DNA of 56,468 bases from Bilabrum cf. latius (lineage: Eukaryota): assembly GCA_965178125.1 (NCBI GenBank), contig OZ237750.1:1116001-1172468 (forward strand). Direction: 5' to 3'. Of this stretch, positions 37,687-51,600 are shown piece after piece. Under the pieces are notes generated by a model that saw nothing but the letters and a program-made list of their open reading frames with translations, was not told the DNA's origin and did not search any database. The position numbers and the translations under genes were made by a program. Every line of letters begins with the position of its first letter. Position 1 is the first letter of the stretch.

Positions 37687-40600
37687 TCATTTTCGCTACT
37701 TTCTCTTCGATCTCGGCTTAGATAGGGGCTTCACGCTGCCACGATTTTCGGCACGCCCCAGAGTGAGTCCCCCAGTCCGCCGCTTGGATCGCGCTCTGTC
37801 GGCCTACTCTTGCGCCTTAGAGGCATCTTCCTGGGCGGCCTGCTCATCTGCCACGCTAACCCATTCCCGCCTACCTTTGAGCTTGGCAGACGCAGGTCTC
37901 TTTCGCAAGGACGGTCGAGCAGCAGCAGCACTGGCTGCAGCGCCACCAGAGGCAGAAACCACTTGCGGGGCGCAATACGAACCTGCGTCCAGTGCAGCGT
38001 TCCACTCTGCAAACGCATGTTCTGCAGCTGCTCGTTTTTGCGCCTCCATTCGTTTCGCAGCTCGGTCGGCTTGCCTTGCGGCTTTCCTGGCCTTGGCAGC
38101 TTCCGCCGCTTTCTACTTGCTCCAAAGCTTGAAGGCGCGCTTGGCGTCTTTCTGAGATTGCACAGCGTGTGATCTAGCAGATGCCAAGGCAGCGCCACTG
38201 TCTGCGTAAATCGACACGCCGGTTTCAGCAAGCTCCTGGCCAGATCGGAGGGACAACAGCAGCTGACGGGCTCTCTTGCCAACAGCGCGGTCCGCACCGA
38301 GAGACTCCAGGACTGGTCCCATGTGCTCAAGGGCATCAGCGACGTGCACCGGCACTGCTGCACTTCTGCGTCTAGCATCAGAACCAGCCTGTGCTTGCAG
38401 GGCAAGAACCCGTGATCGGATATTCAAGCCTCCTCGGCTGGGTCTGACAACCTTAATCCCGGAGGCAGGCACCTTTGATTCACTCAATGCACTGGAGCTT
38501 GTCGCTGCCGTACCCAGCGTATTCGCCCTCGGCACCACCGTAGTATGCACTGCTTGCTCGGACAGGTCGGACACCGCCGCTTCCAATTCCTCGAGCACGA
38601 TCCAAGCGCCTTTGCCCTTCAGCGTGGGGGTTCGTGATGGCCTAGATGTGCGTGCGCTTGCCCGCCTCTCGTCTTGCACGGCGCATTCGTGGTTAACAAA
38701 GTCCCCGAGAGTGCCTTGAATGCGCCCTTGCCTCCATGCCTCGCAGTATCTCCAAAATATGCAGCATGCAGCCAACGGGTTCGACAGCAATCGTGCTGTG
38801 TTGGATCGTACTCGAGCGGCAATCTGGTCCTTTGGAACACCGCCAAGAGATTGTCCTGGCCTTTTCTGCTGCGAAGCCCATGCAAGCGCTTCAGTAGTTG
38901 CCAATTTTGCTGCCAGATCACCTGGAATTACTTGGAAGGTGGAGCAAAGGCTTGCTACATCAGCAGCCTGCAGCCAACCTCGCTGCCATTGCAAGGACTG
39001 CCCGCCAGCCACCGCTGCCGAAGAATTCATTACAGACCCCCCCAGCGCGACACGACCGCCAGTGCCCTCCTCTTCAAGGCTGAGAGCTGCAGCAATTGCT
39101 GCTACGGCAAGAGACGGCACGGCAAGAGACGGCTGCGTGCCTGCGAGCGAAGGGGATATCCCAACGGCTGCATCCCCCCCAGCCCCCGGCAGCAGAGTAG
39201 CGGTGCGGTACACTTGCAAGCACCCTGAAGAGTCACGCAAGAGCTGCTGGATCGGAACAGGGCTTGAGCAGCTACGAAGCTCAATTGGAAGCTCTCCGTT
39301 GCAAGCCCTTTCGAGAAGCTTCTTCTACTTCTGCCTCGCTGCTTGCTACGCTCGACTCTTGTGACGGCGCCACGATGCTGTTGAAACCTGCTGCGATCCC
39401 TTCCTACGGAGTGCGGCCAACCCTTTCACAACAGCATCAACTGGCACAAACACCCTCCCAAGCCGTGCGCCTGGATGTGTGTCTTCAATGTCCTTGCCTT
39501 GAATTGCTTGCGCAACAGCAGCCCCACCCCCTAGCTCAGCCAATCGCACACAAGCAAGCTGGTACACGGATTCGGGCGCCAGTAGTGTGCTACTCGCGCT
39601 CGCATCCCGAATGCTGGCGCGAGTGCGCATTGCCTACGTTGTATAGACGTCTTGAAGGTTTGCCCGAAGCAAAGACGCCACTTGCTTGGCATCTGTCCAC
39701 TACACTGTCGAGTCAACCGGAGACCCCATGCCAGTGCGATCATGGCAATCTAGTATCCTCTTGCGCAGCTTCGCGTAGACGTCCGGGTTGCTCTGAAGCA
39801 CTGAAGACAGTGTTGACAGAATTGATGCAGCAAATCCTTTAGCATCAAAGCCCATAGCTGGGGCCGATTGCTCGCCTGTCTCAGATGCTTCAGAATTAGA
39901 GATGCCACCAGAGATGATCGCCGTTGGCTCGGTCGCAACGTCAGCAGTTGCTGGGCCAGCCCCGATCTAGCCTTCAGCATCAGCGCCTTGATCTCCTCGG
40001 TGTTTACCGCCGCTGAAATCCAGGCCATGAGGTCCACCGTTGCGATCGATCACGCCAACACCAAAGTCACTGGGTTCATCAGCGCCCGCAGACTTGTTTC
40101 CCCCTTCTGCGGCACTCGAGCTGCCCTCGGCTGCAGGCGCATCAATAGCGACGGCGCCGTCCTATGAGGAAGCCTTCTCGGTGGTTGCAAGCGATGAATC
40201 GCACATGTCGACCAACAAGCATGCGTAGGGGGCAGAACTCGGCTCACAGCCTGCACCTGTGGCCGGCCCATCCAGTTGGACCCGCTCGGCATCAGCGAGC
40301 ACGCCGGACTCCCGCAGAATTGCGAGCGTAGAGGGGTCCTGCCCGCCTCCTACCAGCTTCATCCAGCCACCTGCGTGCAGCCCGAGTTGCCCATGACGCT
40401 TTCTTGTTCCGGCTGCTCCCGCTTCACCCTACCGGATTGAGACTTGTGCTCCTCTAGCAGCTTCCGTGCGAGGGTCCAGCCCGAGCTGCGAGATGACATG
40501 TAGTACATCCTGTTGTTGGTGTTCTGCGCCAGCTTCACGCGCACCCTCGTCCTCAAGCCATCTGGTCAGGTCACTTTCGCCCAGCACACCGTCTGCATCC

Positions 40601-41374
40601 TAATCCCAACGGAAGAAGGCCACCAGGCTAGCAAGCAGGCCTGCCGCCCCGCCCAAGTCCCATGGCACCAGCTCGGACGCTGCAAGTGCACCAGAGTCGC
40701 CCGTCTGCTTCGATGGAAGTGCAAGCTACATGCTGTGCACAGCTGCCTGCACGAGCCAAGCAGGTGTATCACCAGGCAGCAGCTTACACGACTGGCAATC
40801 ACCGCTTTCGTGCTGCACGAGTCCATCGTGCGTCCGCATGGCTTCCCAATCAGCTTGCATCTCCGGATACAAGAAGGCTGGAGGTCCCACGTAAATACCC
40901 TCGCAACTTGTGCAGGACACCTAGGCAGTTGTTAAAGCAAGTATGACGCAATTCGTGCACTCGGTGACTTGAATAATAGGCCTGCGATGCATGACAAGTC
41001 TAGAGACAACCGTCGCGTCAGTTCATGTATGCAATCAGTCAGCGCTGTAATTGCCACAAACGAACTCACGAGGATATCAAGAGCACACACCCTGTGCAAC
41101 CTGAGACCCTGGCGAGCTTGGAAGACCGGCTCGCGACCAGGCATACGTTGCATCTGGAAATGTTGACTTGCTGCACCAAATTTCCACTTGTGTTGGATAC
41201 GTGAGCATATGCGAAACCTTCTATTTCGGAAGACCTGCGGATCGTGGAGTCCAGGGCAGCACACTGATCGTGGAGTCCAGGGCATGCACCCGACAGCTTC
41301 GAGCGGCTCAAGCAATCGCATGGAGAGCCTCACGCGATGGAGCCGTTTTCGATGAAAATCCTAGAGTATTCCAT
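37687..41374 (-). CDS. Large protein with a TBCC/RP2-like beta-helix N-terminus and an EF-hand-like motif; probably two 5' introns
   Basis: One frame from about 40980 to 37687 is interrupted only by TAG. Cys-rich repeats ARVSGCTGCVLLI and IIQVTECTNCVILAL are TBCC/CARP-like, and FFRWD*DADGVLGESDL is EF-hand-like. The 5' exon structure is inferred. Confidence 0.55.
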
Positions 41375-41636
41375 GCCAGATACGAATGATGTGTTCATAA
41401 CTGGCTTTAGAAACCTGTCCAAAATGTCTGATAATTCTGAAAAAAGGAAAAAAGAGACAAACGGCCACGACGTTTTCAAGTTCCGGCTTGCACTCTCTGT
41501 GGCCTCACTGGCAGATTAGCCTTGCCGTATGCAATTAATTTGTATCATGCATAACACTAGATTGTTTGGTGTGAAGGATGAGAATGGGGCCAAATTGCAG
41601 GCTGCCAGTGGATGTAGTGTGTGTCTCTAGTTCACG

Positions 41637-44600
41637 TCACCCTAGCTACCAATCAATTGCATCCAATAAGACGCCCATGCTACCCTGAGGAGCGTCCTTC
41701 AATTTGGCATTACCTTCGAGCCGCAAAATGCTTTGTAGCGCCACCCGAAGCTCGCCCATCTCTCCCTCATTTAGCAGCCTTGCCTTGTTGAGAGCATGAA
41801 TTGCGTTGCGAGCTTGTCTGCCGCCTTTCTGCTTGCCGTGCAACTTGTGGCCGCGTCGTACAAGGGCTTCAGAGCAAGAATCCGCAACAGCTGCAATATC
41901 AGCGAAGTCCTGGCTGGAGGCGTTGCTTCGTGACGACACCTTACGGGCCGACAGCAACGACGTTACGGCGGCAAGGTCACTGCAAGCCCTGAGCACAGCA
42001 ACGATGTCCTCAGTGAGCAACGGTACGCTCGGGCTCAAAATTGCGCGTCTACACATGCCTAGACCCAGCAGCGCGTGCGAGAACGATGCCTCAGCAGCAC
42101 CAACCTGGAGGTCGCCGGACGCAAATAGATCGCGTGTCGCTCTCGCTGCACTGCGGATCAAGATGGGAAGGCCAAACACTCTGCCACGCATGCCAGCATG
42201 CAGACCAGCAATGTCGCTATCATGGCCTGCCTTTCTAGAACCAGCATGGCGCATATCATGCAGCAAAGCTTTGCAGCCCCACAAGCGCGCTTCAGCGAGA
42301 TGATGATTGATTCCGACAGATTGCCTAGTAAACTCGACCGCACCGCGAGGAAGCCAGCAATTTCGCAAGGTAGTATCAACATCATCGCGCTACTTAACCT
42401 CGGCGGCTTCGCTAGCTCGGCTTAGGTCGGGCGTTGACTGATTACCTTGCACAAGAATCTCCATCGCTGTGAGGGAGACTCTGGCAGCCTCTACCTAGTC
42501 AATCACCCCATTCTAGCTATGGCAATCGGCTGCTGCTGCAGCAATTATAGCGAAACCTGGATCAGCGCTGGTCGACCTGCTGCGATGCTCTGGCTCCCAC
42601 CGCGCACACATCGGGAGAAGAGCATCTCTGCTGCGCAGCAGGCTGGAAGCAACATGCATCGCAGAGTCCCTTGCGCCTGCAGCAAGATGAACGACTGAGT
42701 CTACGGCAGCATCCAGCTCGAGCTCATCAAACAAGCGTGCCGCTGGAGAGCCCACCAAAAAACCTGATCGGTCCAGCTCGAGCAGGGCGAGCAACGTTGG
42801 CAATGCGGCTGAGGTCGTCTCTAGAGAATCTGCCGAGGCACGCTTCAATAAAGCAAGCTCAATCTCGACCAGGTCTTCCGCCTTGGAGATCACCTCTTCG
42901 TAATCGAAATTATCCCTCATGAATCCGTGCTGGATCTCACCATAAAGTTCATCAAAATCGCTGGTGGCCTTCAACGTAGCACTCTGTGCGTTGCGTAAAC
43001 GTGGCAGAATGCTCTTCCGCCAAGCGGCCGACCACCCAAAGCAACCGGTTGCCTGCACGTCAACGAAGGCCTCGTCCATCTGTAAGGGTACATCGGATGG
43101 AGCCCTGAACACTGGGGACTCGACCTGCAAGGTCTGACAGACTACCCGTAGTACAGCCCATGCAACTGCAGAACGTCCGACAAGCACCCAGTTCACAGCA
43201 TCGACAAGCTACAGCTAATCAGTTCCGCGTTCGCTGGATAGACACTGCGCGTCAGGTAGAGCCATGCATGCATCCGCCGGGACCTCAACCGCGTCAAACC
43301 GACCCGCGGAGAGCTGGTCACGCACAGAAATCCATGGCTGCGCTCTTCTTGCGGCAGTGTCCCCGGCCCTAAGAAGCCCTGTCAGCTCATTGATAACTTC
43401 CAATTGTTGCTGCTGACTCAAGCCAGAGGTGACATCAGCAGCTTGCGTATCAAGCCTCGCCCACTCGGCAACTAGTGCTGGTACGCAGGCGTAGATAAGC
43501 CCAAACTAGGATGCCGCAGCCATTGTCTGCGAGGATGCGGCAAGGCTTCCACACATATCTGAAGTCGAATAAACTATGCCCGGATTCTCTGACGTGGGTA
43601 AGCTTGCGTCGTGAAACACTCTAGAGTCCGTCGACCGGGTCGCCGTCGATCCTGCTGATTCAGGATCAGACGACTAGTCAACCTAGGCTAGCAAATCTTG
43701 AATCTCCTTGTTTAGCGCCACAGGCAGCTCCTCTGCATCATCGTTCGAGCTTCCATTCAGCTCGGTTGCAGTCTGGGCGGCCGCGTCAGAGATCTTGAGT
43801 GGGCTGCGAAATGGAGTGCGTCGCCTTTCGCAGGGTAGAGTTCGACCCAATGCAGCGCTCGAGGCAGAGCTTGAATGTACGCCGGATGCGCCCTGTCCTC
43901 GACTTCGCGGTGTCAACGCCTATCGAGGGACGGACACGCCGCCAACCTTGCGTTTCGACTGAGTACCGCGGCTTGGCCAGGCTTGTAACCGCTTCAAGTC
44001 CGGAGCCTGGTCGATGTCGACCATCCCCCGAGCGAGTCTGGCCACGCTTAGCAAGCCCTACAAACCCCAATTCTTACTTTGGTCAGCGTCTGCAGTCAAC
44101 TTGTCGAGCATGGATTGTGCTGTCTCTGCATGCGCAGACCCTGCCGCGTCGAATTGACCTTCAGTGTGCGTGTTGCACAACGCGACTGCAACCGACCAAC
44201 GTATTGCCGAATCCTTCAATAACACGACACCGTCTGTGTCTACGCTCCCTGCTGCATGGTCACTATCTGCAGCAAGCTGTAGCGTAGCGTGCCACAGTTG
44301 TCTGGCTCCCTCAATGCCTGCATTCCCGTGAGTGAGAGCTGCTGGGACCGCTGGGCCTAGCACAGGGTACACACTATCGAGCATCTCAATTACATCCAGA
44401 CCGCTTAAGTGTGTTGCTCCTTGTACTCTACGCTTCGTAGATAAGAGAGCAAGCGTTGAAGCCCCGCTATGAAGTTCGTACGTCAAGCCGGCCCGAACTT
44501 GGCGAAGGAGCGCTTCGAGGCCAGCATGAATGACGGTACTTGCTTGGTCGGTTGGTAATGCACTGTGCAGCCGAATAGCGGAACTGCCGAGTTTCAATAG

Positions 44601-47600
44601 AGTGAGGCGGTCAATTGGCACAACAGAGTGCGAAATCGCCCTACTGCTTGCATCAAAGAGATGGTTCCAACGCTGACCGAGGCGTTCAAGCAAGGCATGC
44701 CTAGCCTACTTGTCAGCGACACCGGCAAGGTCCGTTCTTGCCGGTCCGGCCTCTGGGCGAGATCGCGGCCGACTCGTACACGCAAGACTAGCCGATACAG
44801 CTTGGCTAATCAGTGCGCTGTTCCTAGCTATCCTACTGGCTGCATCATCCTGCACTTCGAACGCGGCTGCACATGCATCCAAAGCTGAGCTACAGTCCAG
44901 TACAATTGCCTGTAACATACCTTCTGTGGCACTCTTCTCCGCCGCAGACTGCAAGGAAGCCTCCAAAGACAAACCAAGCAGCTACATGCTTGCTTCTAGC
45001 TACACATCTGCCTATGATGCATCTGAATCTTGAACGTTTGCCCGTTTCAACATCTCGGTTGCCAAGGGTATGGAATCTCGAGCTAGCTACACAGCGGCAC
45101 GCTCAGGCCTGCTCAACTCGCGCTAGTTTAAGTCGCGAAGGACCGGTTGAAACGCACTCCATGCCAGCCGAAACTGAGTAGTAGGCTCGTGCCGATGCAC
45201 TGCAGCAGCGACGGCAACTCGGTACGTGGCTAGCACAGTGTCGTCTGGCGGTGCCGACTCCAAGAGCTGCATCAAAGCCAGTATGCCATCACTTCGTAGC
45301 AGTGCGCTGGTACTTCCATACCTACTTAGTATGGCTGGAAGATATGCGGCAACAATACGCTTTGCCTCACTTGCATGAACACCACTAGATACCGAGTCCA
45401 AGAGTGCTGGGCACGCAATTGCCAAACACTTCTCGGCGACGAGTGGGTACTCCAAAACACCGCTGCGCCAAGCACGCATACTCGACATCAAGACCTCTTG
45501 CATTGTGTCAGATTGGACGGAGTCAGCCAGCACGTCAGTGGCTTCGGCGGCACACCGTCGTGCTTGCGGTGTCGAGGCCGATGCAGAACTCCGCATGGCC
45601 CGCGAAAGCAGCTCGGCCTGCAAGACTTTGACTCCCGCAGCAGCTTCAGTTGAGCCACGTGCGATCCGCAGGTACTCAGGCAGCAGGCGCAGGCCTTGCC
45701 AGGTCTGCATCGAGCTACCCGAATGGATCGATTCTGAGCTTCCAAGCAAGAACGTACTCGCAATAGATCGAACAACAGCGGGCTGGCAAAGTGCGCTTGC
45801 TGTCGCTCTGGGGCTGACAGCCACTGCATGCATGATAGAGGTAGCGACATCAACTAGACTTCCTATCTCTGAGGAGTGTCCACCAAGCTGTTTGACCCAC
45901 TGTGAACTTTGTGGACCTAAATCTCCTAGATCTGTTGGATGGAAACTAGTACCCTTCTTGACGCATTCAAGGCTGTGCATTGCATTCCAGAATCCCATCA
46001 GAATGTATGCACGGGCAGCTGCAGTTTCAACCTACTCCATCTCGACCGCGCCAGGCTACTAGAGGCGCTCTAGGAATCTTGCACGCTCCTCTGAGCACAA
46101 GAGGGCAGCCGCAAGAAGTGTCTACGATGCCTTTCCACACCTGGTAATCTTAGACCACAGGAGCTCAGCTGCCTAGTTGTTCCCATCGAAGTGATGGGCT
46201 GCTTCGACTCTCCTGATCAGGTCCTCTCGTACTCGCATGACGTGGTATAGAGCAGTGCCGGTCCGCATGAACATGCCAAGTGTTGGCGGTGCATCGATTG
46301 CCAGTGCCCGTTTAGCTCGTGGAAGCTATTGCCACAGTTCCGCCTGCACGTTCACCGGCGGCAACACTCCACTTGGGTCCTCCGTACCATCGTATCCCAG
46401 GAAACCATACTCAGAGTCGGTTTGAATATCCAGCACTGCAAGACTGAGCTGTTTCTCCATTTCGTGGCTCTGTCCCCCATCGCTGGACTGCAGTACGCCG
46501 CTCCAACACTCCAAACTAGCACACAAACTCTCAGCTGCACCAACGTGCACCATAGCAACCTACCACGGAACCAGGTTCTAAAATGACCTGGCAGGCTATG
46601 AATGATGGAATCGATGAGAAATTGACAAAGATGAACCAGTAGACATGAGACGCTGCAGCAGGGCAGGCTCCTCCAGGAGCCTCGAAACGCTAGCTCGAAA
46701 CGCAGCGCAAGCCAAGGACGCTTGCTCCATGCAATCATTCAGACTAGACTTCCACCGCGGGTGCAGGTTCGAAGCTGCTCGCAGCTACAATTTGGATTGC
46801 TCAGTAGCTGCTGAGTATGAAAACCCGGATTCAACCAGCCCATGTGGTCCTAGACAACCACCTGGGGCTCCAAGCTACCTAGATAGCTACTTGATGTAGG
46901 TGGCAAGTCGAGCAGGATTCGACACCATTCCAAGCCGTATGGCCTGCCGCAGCCTATCGCACCCAGAGATTTGCAAGTTGGCTACATACTCCAATACCGG
47001 CATGCAACAGCCCAAGAACACATGCCCGAGGTCTGAATTTGACGCAACTGATGTCTAATCGGTTGCATACGTACGAATCACGGCAGTAGCAGCTTGCGCG
47101 ATTGAAACCAACTGAGGGTGCAGCACTGCAGATGCGAGCGACTCCTTGTAAGGTGCACTCATGGACCTTGCTTTGCTTACATCCCCGCCAAAGGCTTGAC
47201 TGCCTGCTGCTCTAACAACAAGACTAAATCGGTGCATTGCGTCTCCCGTGTCGTCGCGCGGTGGACCAAACTTGCCGGAGGATAGCGCAAGCACTGTACT
47301 GTCTAAAAGTCTCGATGTGGCCGCATTTTCGCCCTCAGAAAATGCCAAGACGCTGCATCGTGCGATTGTGACCAAGCAGTCCTGCAAGGACGCCTGCGCA
47401 ACAGCACCATCGCCAAGAGCATGCAGCCTAGCTACGTGCTGTGCACATATAGCTAGCATCCCGCGGGCTTGCTAGCCCTCCCTTCCCGCGAGAACCTCAT
47501 ATGGAACCCGACAAAGCGTGTGCAATAGCCTGCACGGGACACGATGCAGGACTCCGCCGTGCTTGAGCGCATCTTCGTGGGTCTTGACGGCACCAGCCAG

Positions 47601-48284
47601 CGCGACTGCTGCATCAGCAAACTACACCACGTCAGCAGAACTTCTCACAGACGCATCAAATGCACTAATAGCATGTGATAATCGTACTACTGCCCCCTAT
47701 GCCCACTGCTCGCCGGCATGTGGTCGCAGTGCGCGGAGGACCTTGAACACGTCCTTGACAGATCCTGAACTACCCCTTGCGCTCCTTGCGGCCAACAAAG
47801 ATGCTGCCTCTGCGGCAGCAGCCATGGCTTCTTTATATTCACCGTGCGGGCTTGCAACGAGGTTGTTGAGAATCCAAAGTAGTCGCGGTAGAGACCAGGC
47901 CTATTGAACGTGTGCGACGGGCTCAGAAACCAGGTCCTGCACTTGCAATCGCGCGCTCTTTCCGATGGACTTGCAGACATCTCCCCAGCGAGAATCAACT
48001 CGAAGCTCAGGAGTCCCTATGCCCCCACCGCTGCCGCTGCCGTCCTGCTAAACGACTCCTTCGCTGGTGGCTGCAACGTTCAACTGGGCCCGCTCTCTGC
48101 GCTCAGCCGCACTGCCGATCAGTTCGTCGCCAATAACTGCTGATCGGGCCGCATCTGTCTATATAGCGCCATGAACTACCTTCTTTGCTATCATCCACAG
48201 GGTGTCGGCATGCATCCACGAATCAGGCACACCTTCACTCCACTGCAGGACGTCTGCAGCGGAGGAGTGGGGATCCTCTATCAT
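41637..48284 (-). CDS. Very large (at least 2200 aa) Ala/Leu-rich, probably alpha-solenoid protein of unknown family; 5' end uncertain
   Basis: ORFs at 41646, 42513, 43215, 43683, 44058, 44706, 45123, 46326 and 47055 share one frame and each ends at TAG. The first TGA downstream is at 41637. No diagnostic motif recognised. Confidence 0.7.
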
Positions 48285-48623
48285 GAGGGAACGCAACGAA
48301 TTTGCAGAATTTTTTTCATCCTACTTGTGCGAGAAAGACTCCCTTGACAAGCCGGACGTAAGCCTTACCACCTGGAGAGCAGGTGAGCGAGTTCGGCACC
48401 GGGGAACCATGCGCTTGCATGTCGCCAGAATGCGTCGCAGCCGCACAATACGCAATGTCCTCAGCATAAACCGAGTAAAAACTGATAGATACTTCCAAAT
48501 TAAGTCAAGTACAAACCACAGATGTGCCGAGGTTGGAGAGATGTTCGGCCCGGGGCAGGACACAACTTGCGTGCAATGCACCTGCTGGCAGCGCATGAAC
48601 TGAAATCATCAGAACTGAAGCAC

Positions 48624-51600
48624 TCATCCAAATCTCAAGCTCTTCTCGAAGAGTCCGTCACCGCACGGCTTCAGTTGATCCCCACTGGCTGGCAGGTTGC
48701 CACCAGCCTGGCCTTGCGATACCACCTTGTGCCCAAGCGACACTGCCCGCGCTGCTGCCGAGTCGACAAGCGAGCTGAGCTCAGGCCCTGCGCCACAGCG
48801 GCATTTCTTGGTCCGCACCGGACGAAACGACCTGGAGACGTGGCTGCACCTGGAGCAGTAGTGGAAGTAGCATCGCACTCTCTTGCCGACCACCGAGTGG
48901 CCCAGCCCAAGGCATACTTCAGGCTTTGCCCGAGTGGCAGAGCCGCACTGCTTGCACTACCAAATAGTAGCGTACTCCACGCGCCTCTGCCCTTGCCCAG
49001 CTTCAATCGCAATCGACACGGCTTCATCTGCGCGCTCCAACGCGTCAAGGCGCTGGCCCAGTCTGGTAACACCAGCGGCTGGCACGTCACGCCCCGCCGC
49101 GGCACTCGAGCTTGCAGCCCGCAGGGCCTACATTCCCTCCAACGAAGACAGCGATAGCGGGGGTGCCGGCTTGCCTATCCCAGCCGCTCCAGCAGAGCGC
49201 TTCGGTTCACCAGCAGTGCTCTTGGGTGCCGGCTTGCATATCCCAGCCGCTCCAGCAGAGCGCTTCGGTTCACCAGCAGTGCTCTTGGGCGTGGGCGAGG
49301 GCGAGGCAACGGACAACGGGCTCTGGAACGGTCTATGCGCATCTTCTACGACTGTCCGGACAGCCGTAGTGTCGAGCTACGAGTCAGATGAGCCATCATA
49401 ATGGTTGCCACCTTCAAGGTTGGCATCGGAGTCTGAATCAACATCGCTGAGGTCGCCCATCAGAGGTGTGACACCACCAGACTTCTGAATGCGAGGTCGC
49501 TTGGAACCTGTACTGTCACTGCCCGCTGACCCCATCCTACCTGCTGGCTTGGCTCGTTTCGCTCCTATCGCTTCGCAATGGCTGATGGTACGGTCCTTCG
49601 CATCTCCAGTCTTGAGCCCTCCATGGCCAGCACCCGACAGTTCTCGAGCATGCGCAAGAATTGAAGCATCCACCCTACCAAAATCAAGTCGGGCGCGCCG
49701 CTTGGACTACGCCGGCGGCTGCTTTTTTTGTGGATTAGATTGATGGATCTGTGCCCTTTTCTCCTGCGCATCCCTCCTCAACCTCTCCTTGTCCTCCAGG
49801 TAACGCTGCATGGCGAGCGCCTTGCCTGGACCAGCCTCCCTGCGCTTGCGGTGAGCATGCAGCGTGCTGGAAATCGTGTCGTCGGGTGCTGTGATCGCCT
49901 GGCTTTCCACGGCAGCAGCCACATTCAAGGAACCCCGCTTCGACATACTCGCTCGCTTGGCTGCTGCCGCCTTTGCGAGCTTCACGGCTGCTTGCGTTCT
50001 TGGTGCCTCAGAGGCCCCAGCCTCGGGCTACACTGCCTTACTCGCGTCGGGGTCCAGTAGCCGCCCATCAGACCCGACGCTTATCAATTCGGTTGGTGAG
50101 AACGTCGCTGGCTTTGCTTCCATGGAACTTGGTGAACTTTTATGCTGCTTGCCGGCAGAGCTCGATATCTCCGTTGGTGCTTCACCGGTGCTGCTGCGTG
50201 CGCGATGCCCTGATGATCTTGCCATAATTGATCGTGTGGCAGCGGCTGCATCTCGTCTCGCAATGATGTCAAGATAAGTATATTCCTTGCCACTTGATCG
50301 ACTGCTTGCTGCATAGGAACCTGCCACTCCACCAGATACGCGTGGATTGTGACCCGCTGGACGCAAACCAGCCACCTGCGCCTGCGCCTGCGCCGCGAAT
50401 CTGGCAGCAGTCTCTGGATCAAATGAGCACCCTGCAGACGCATACTGACTCGCCGCTACATCAACTTTGCCGTGTTGTAGGCCGCGTCGCGCTGCGTGGG
50501 TTGCGATCTTGCCACGCCGAGAAGCAGCTGCGGATGAGCCGAAGCTCGTGAGATCTGACCGCTGCTTTACGGCTGCTGCCAGCTGCGATCGGCGGGCACC
50601 TAACTGCAATGCTAGCGGGTCACTCTACCCTGCCTGAGGGTGTCTTGTCTGGGTCGATGCGGGGGGTATGACCTACCTAGCCATTGCCACGCCCTGGCCA
50701 CGTGCAGCCGCTGTCGCAGTCTGAGCCATGTGGACGTGTGGCCCTCTGGCGCCCTTGGCGCGGTGGAGTGGCGCGGCTGATCGGCCCGTATGCGTGGTCG
50801 AAATGCTGCCATTGGCTGCCATGAGTTGCAGCTGGTGCTCCGGGCACAATCGACTGACTCGCGTATTCACTGCACGACCGCACGCGCGTGCTTCAGGCCG
50901 GCCGCCACCCGGTCCCCTGCCAACCTTGGCCGTGCAGCGTCCGAAGTCGGCGCAATAAGCGATTACTCTGCAGTTCGATGCATTGGCAACCGAGAGTGCA
51001 AATCCGGACCTGCTGCGGTCACCATGTTGCGGCGGGACCAGTGCCGGCGCGCGAACCGCAACGAGGGCACCTTCTCTGGCACGGCGCAGGACATCCACTG
51101 CTTGGTCGAAAGCGAAGAGAGCCACCTCGGATGCAAAGTCCGTAAGAGTCAAAACAAAATAAGGGTTGCCTCGCTTTGATTGCCGAGGCTGAGATCGATT
51201 CGCAACGCAGCCGAATAAGACAGTGCCTCCTGATTGTGCAGTTGCCGATGATCCGCTGGATGCCAGCAGCTTAGACCGCTGGGACTCGCTGCTCTGTATC
51301 AATTGAGACACGCCGAGGTTAACACCTGAAGTTGATTGACCTGCAGCAAGGCTATTTAGATTGACCTGCACCGAAGCCAACCGACATGTTCCTAAACGCC
51401 CAGGAATTGGACTCTTGGCAGAGGTTTCAACCCTGTTCGTGCCTCTGCTAGGAACTGCCTTTTTATCACTCCCACCCGAACTATGCATTGTTTGCTAGGA
51501 TTTCAGCTTCCCTTGCGGCAAAGAACGAGGCATACGACTTGAGGCGGCTGCCACCTTGTACATACCGCCCTTGTTCGTGTGGCTTAGAGGAGTTGCAGTA

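Noticed and set aside
41240-41284. 19-bp direct repeat GATCGTGGAGTCCAGGGCA occurring twice
   Set aside because: A small local duplication in a probable intron, with no sign of a mobile element.
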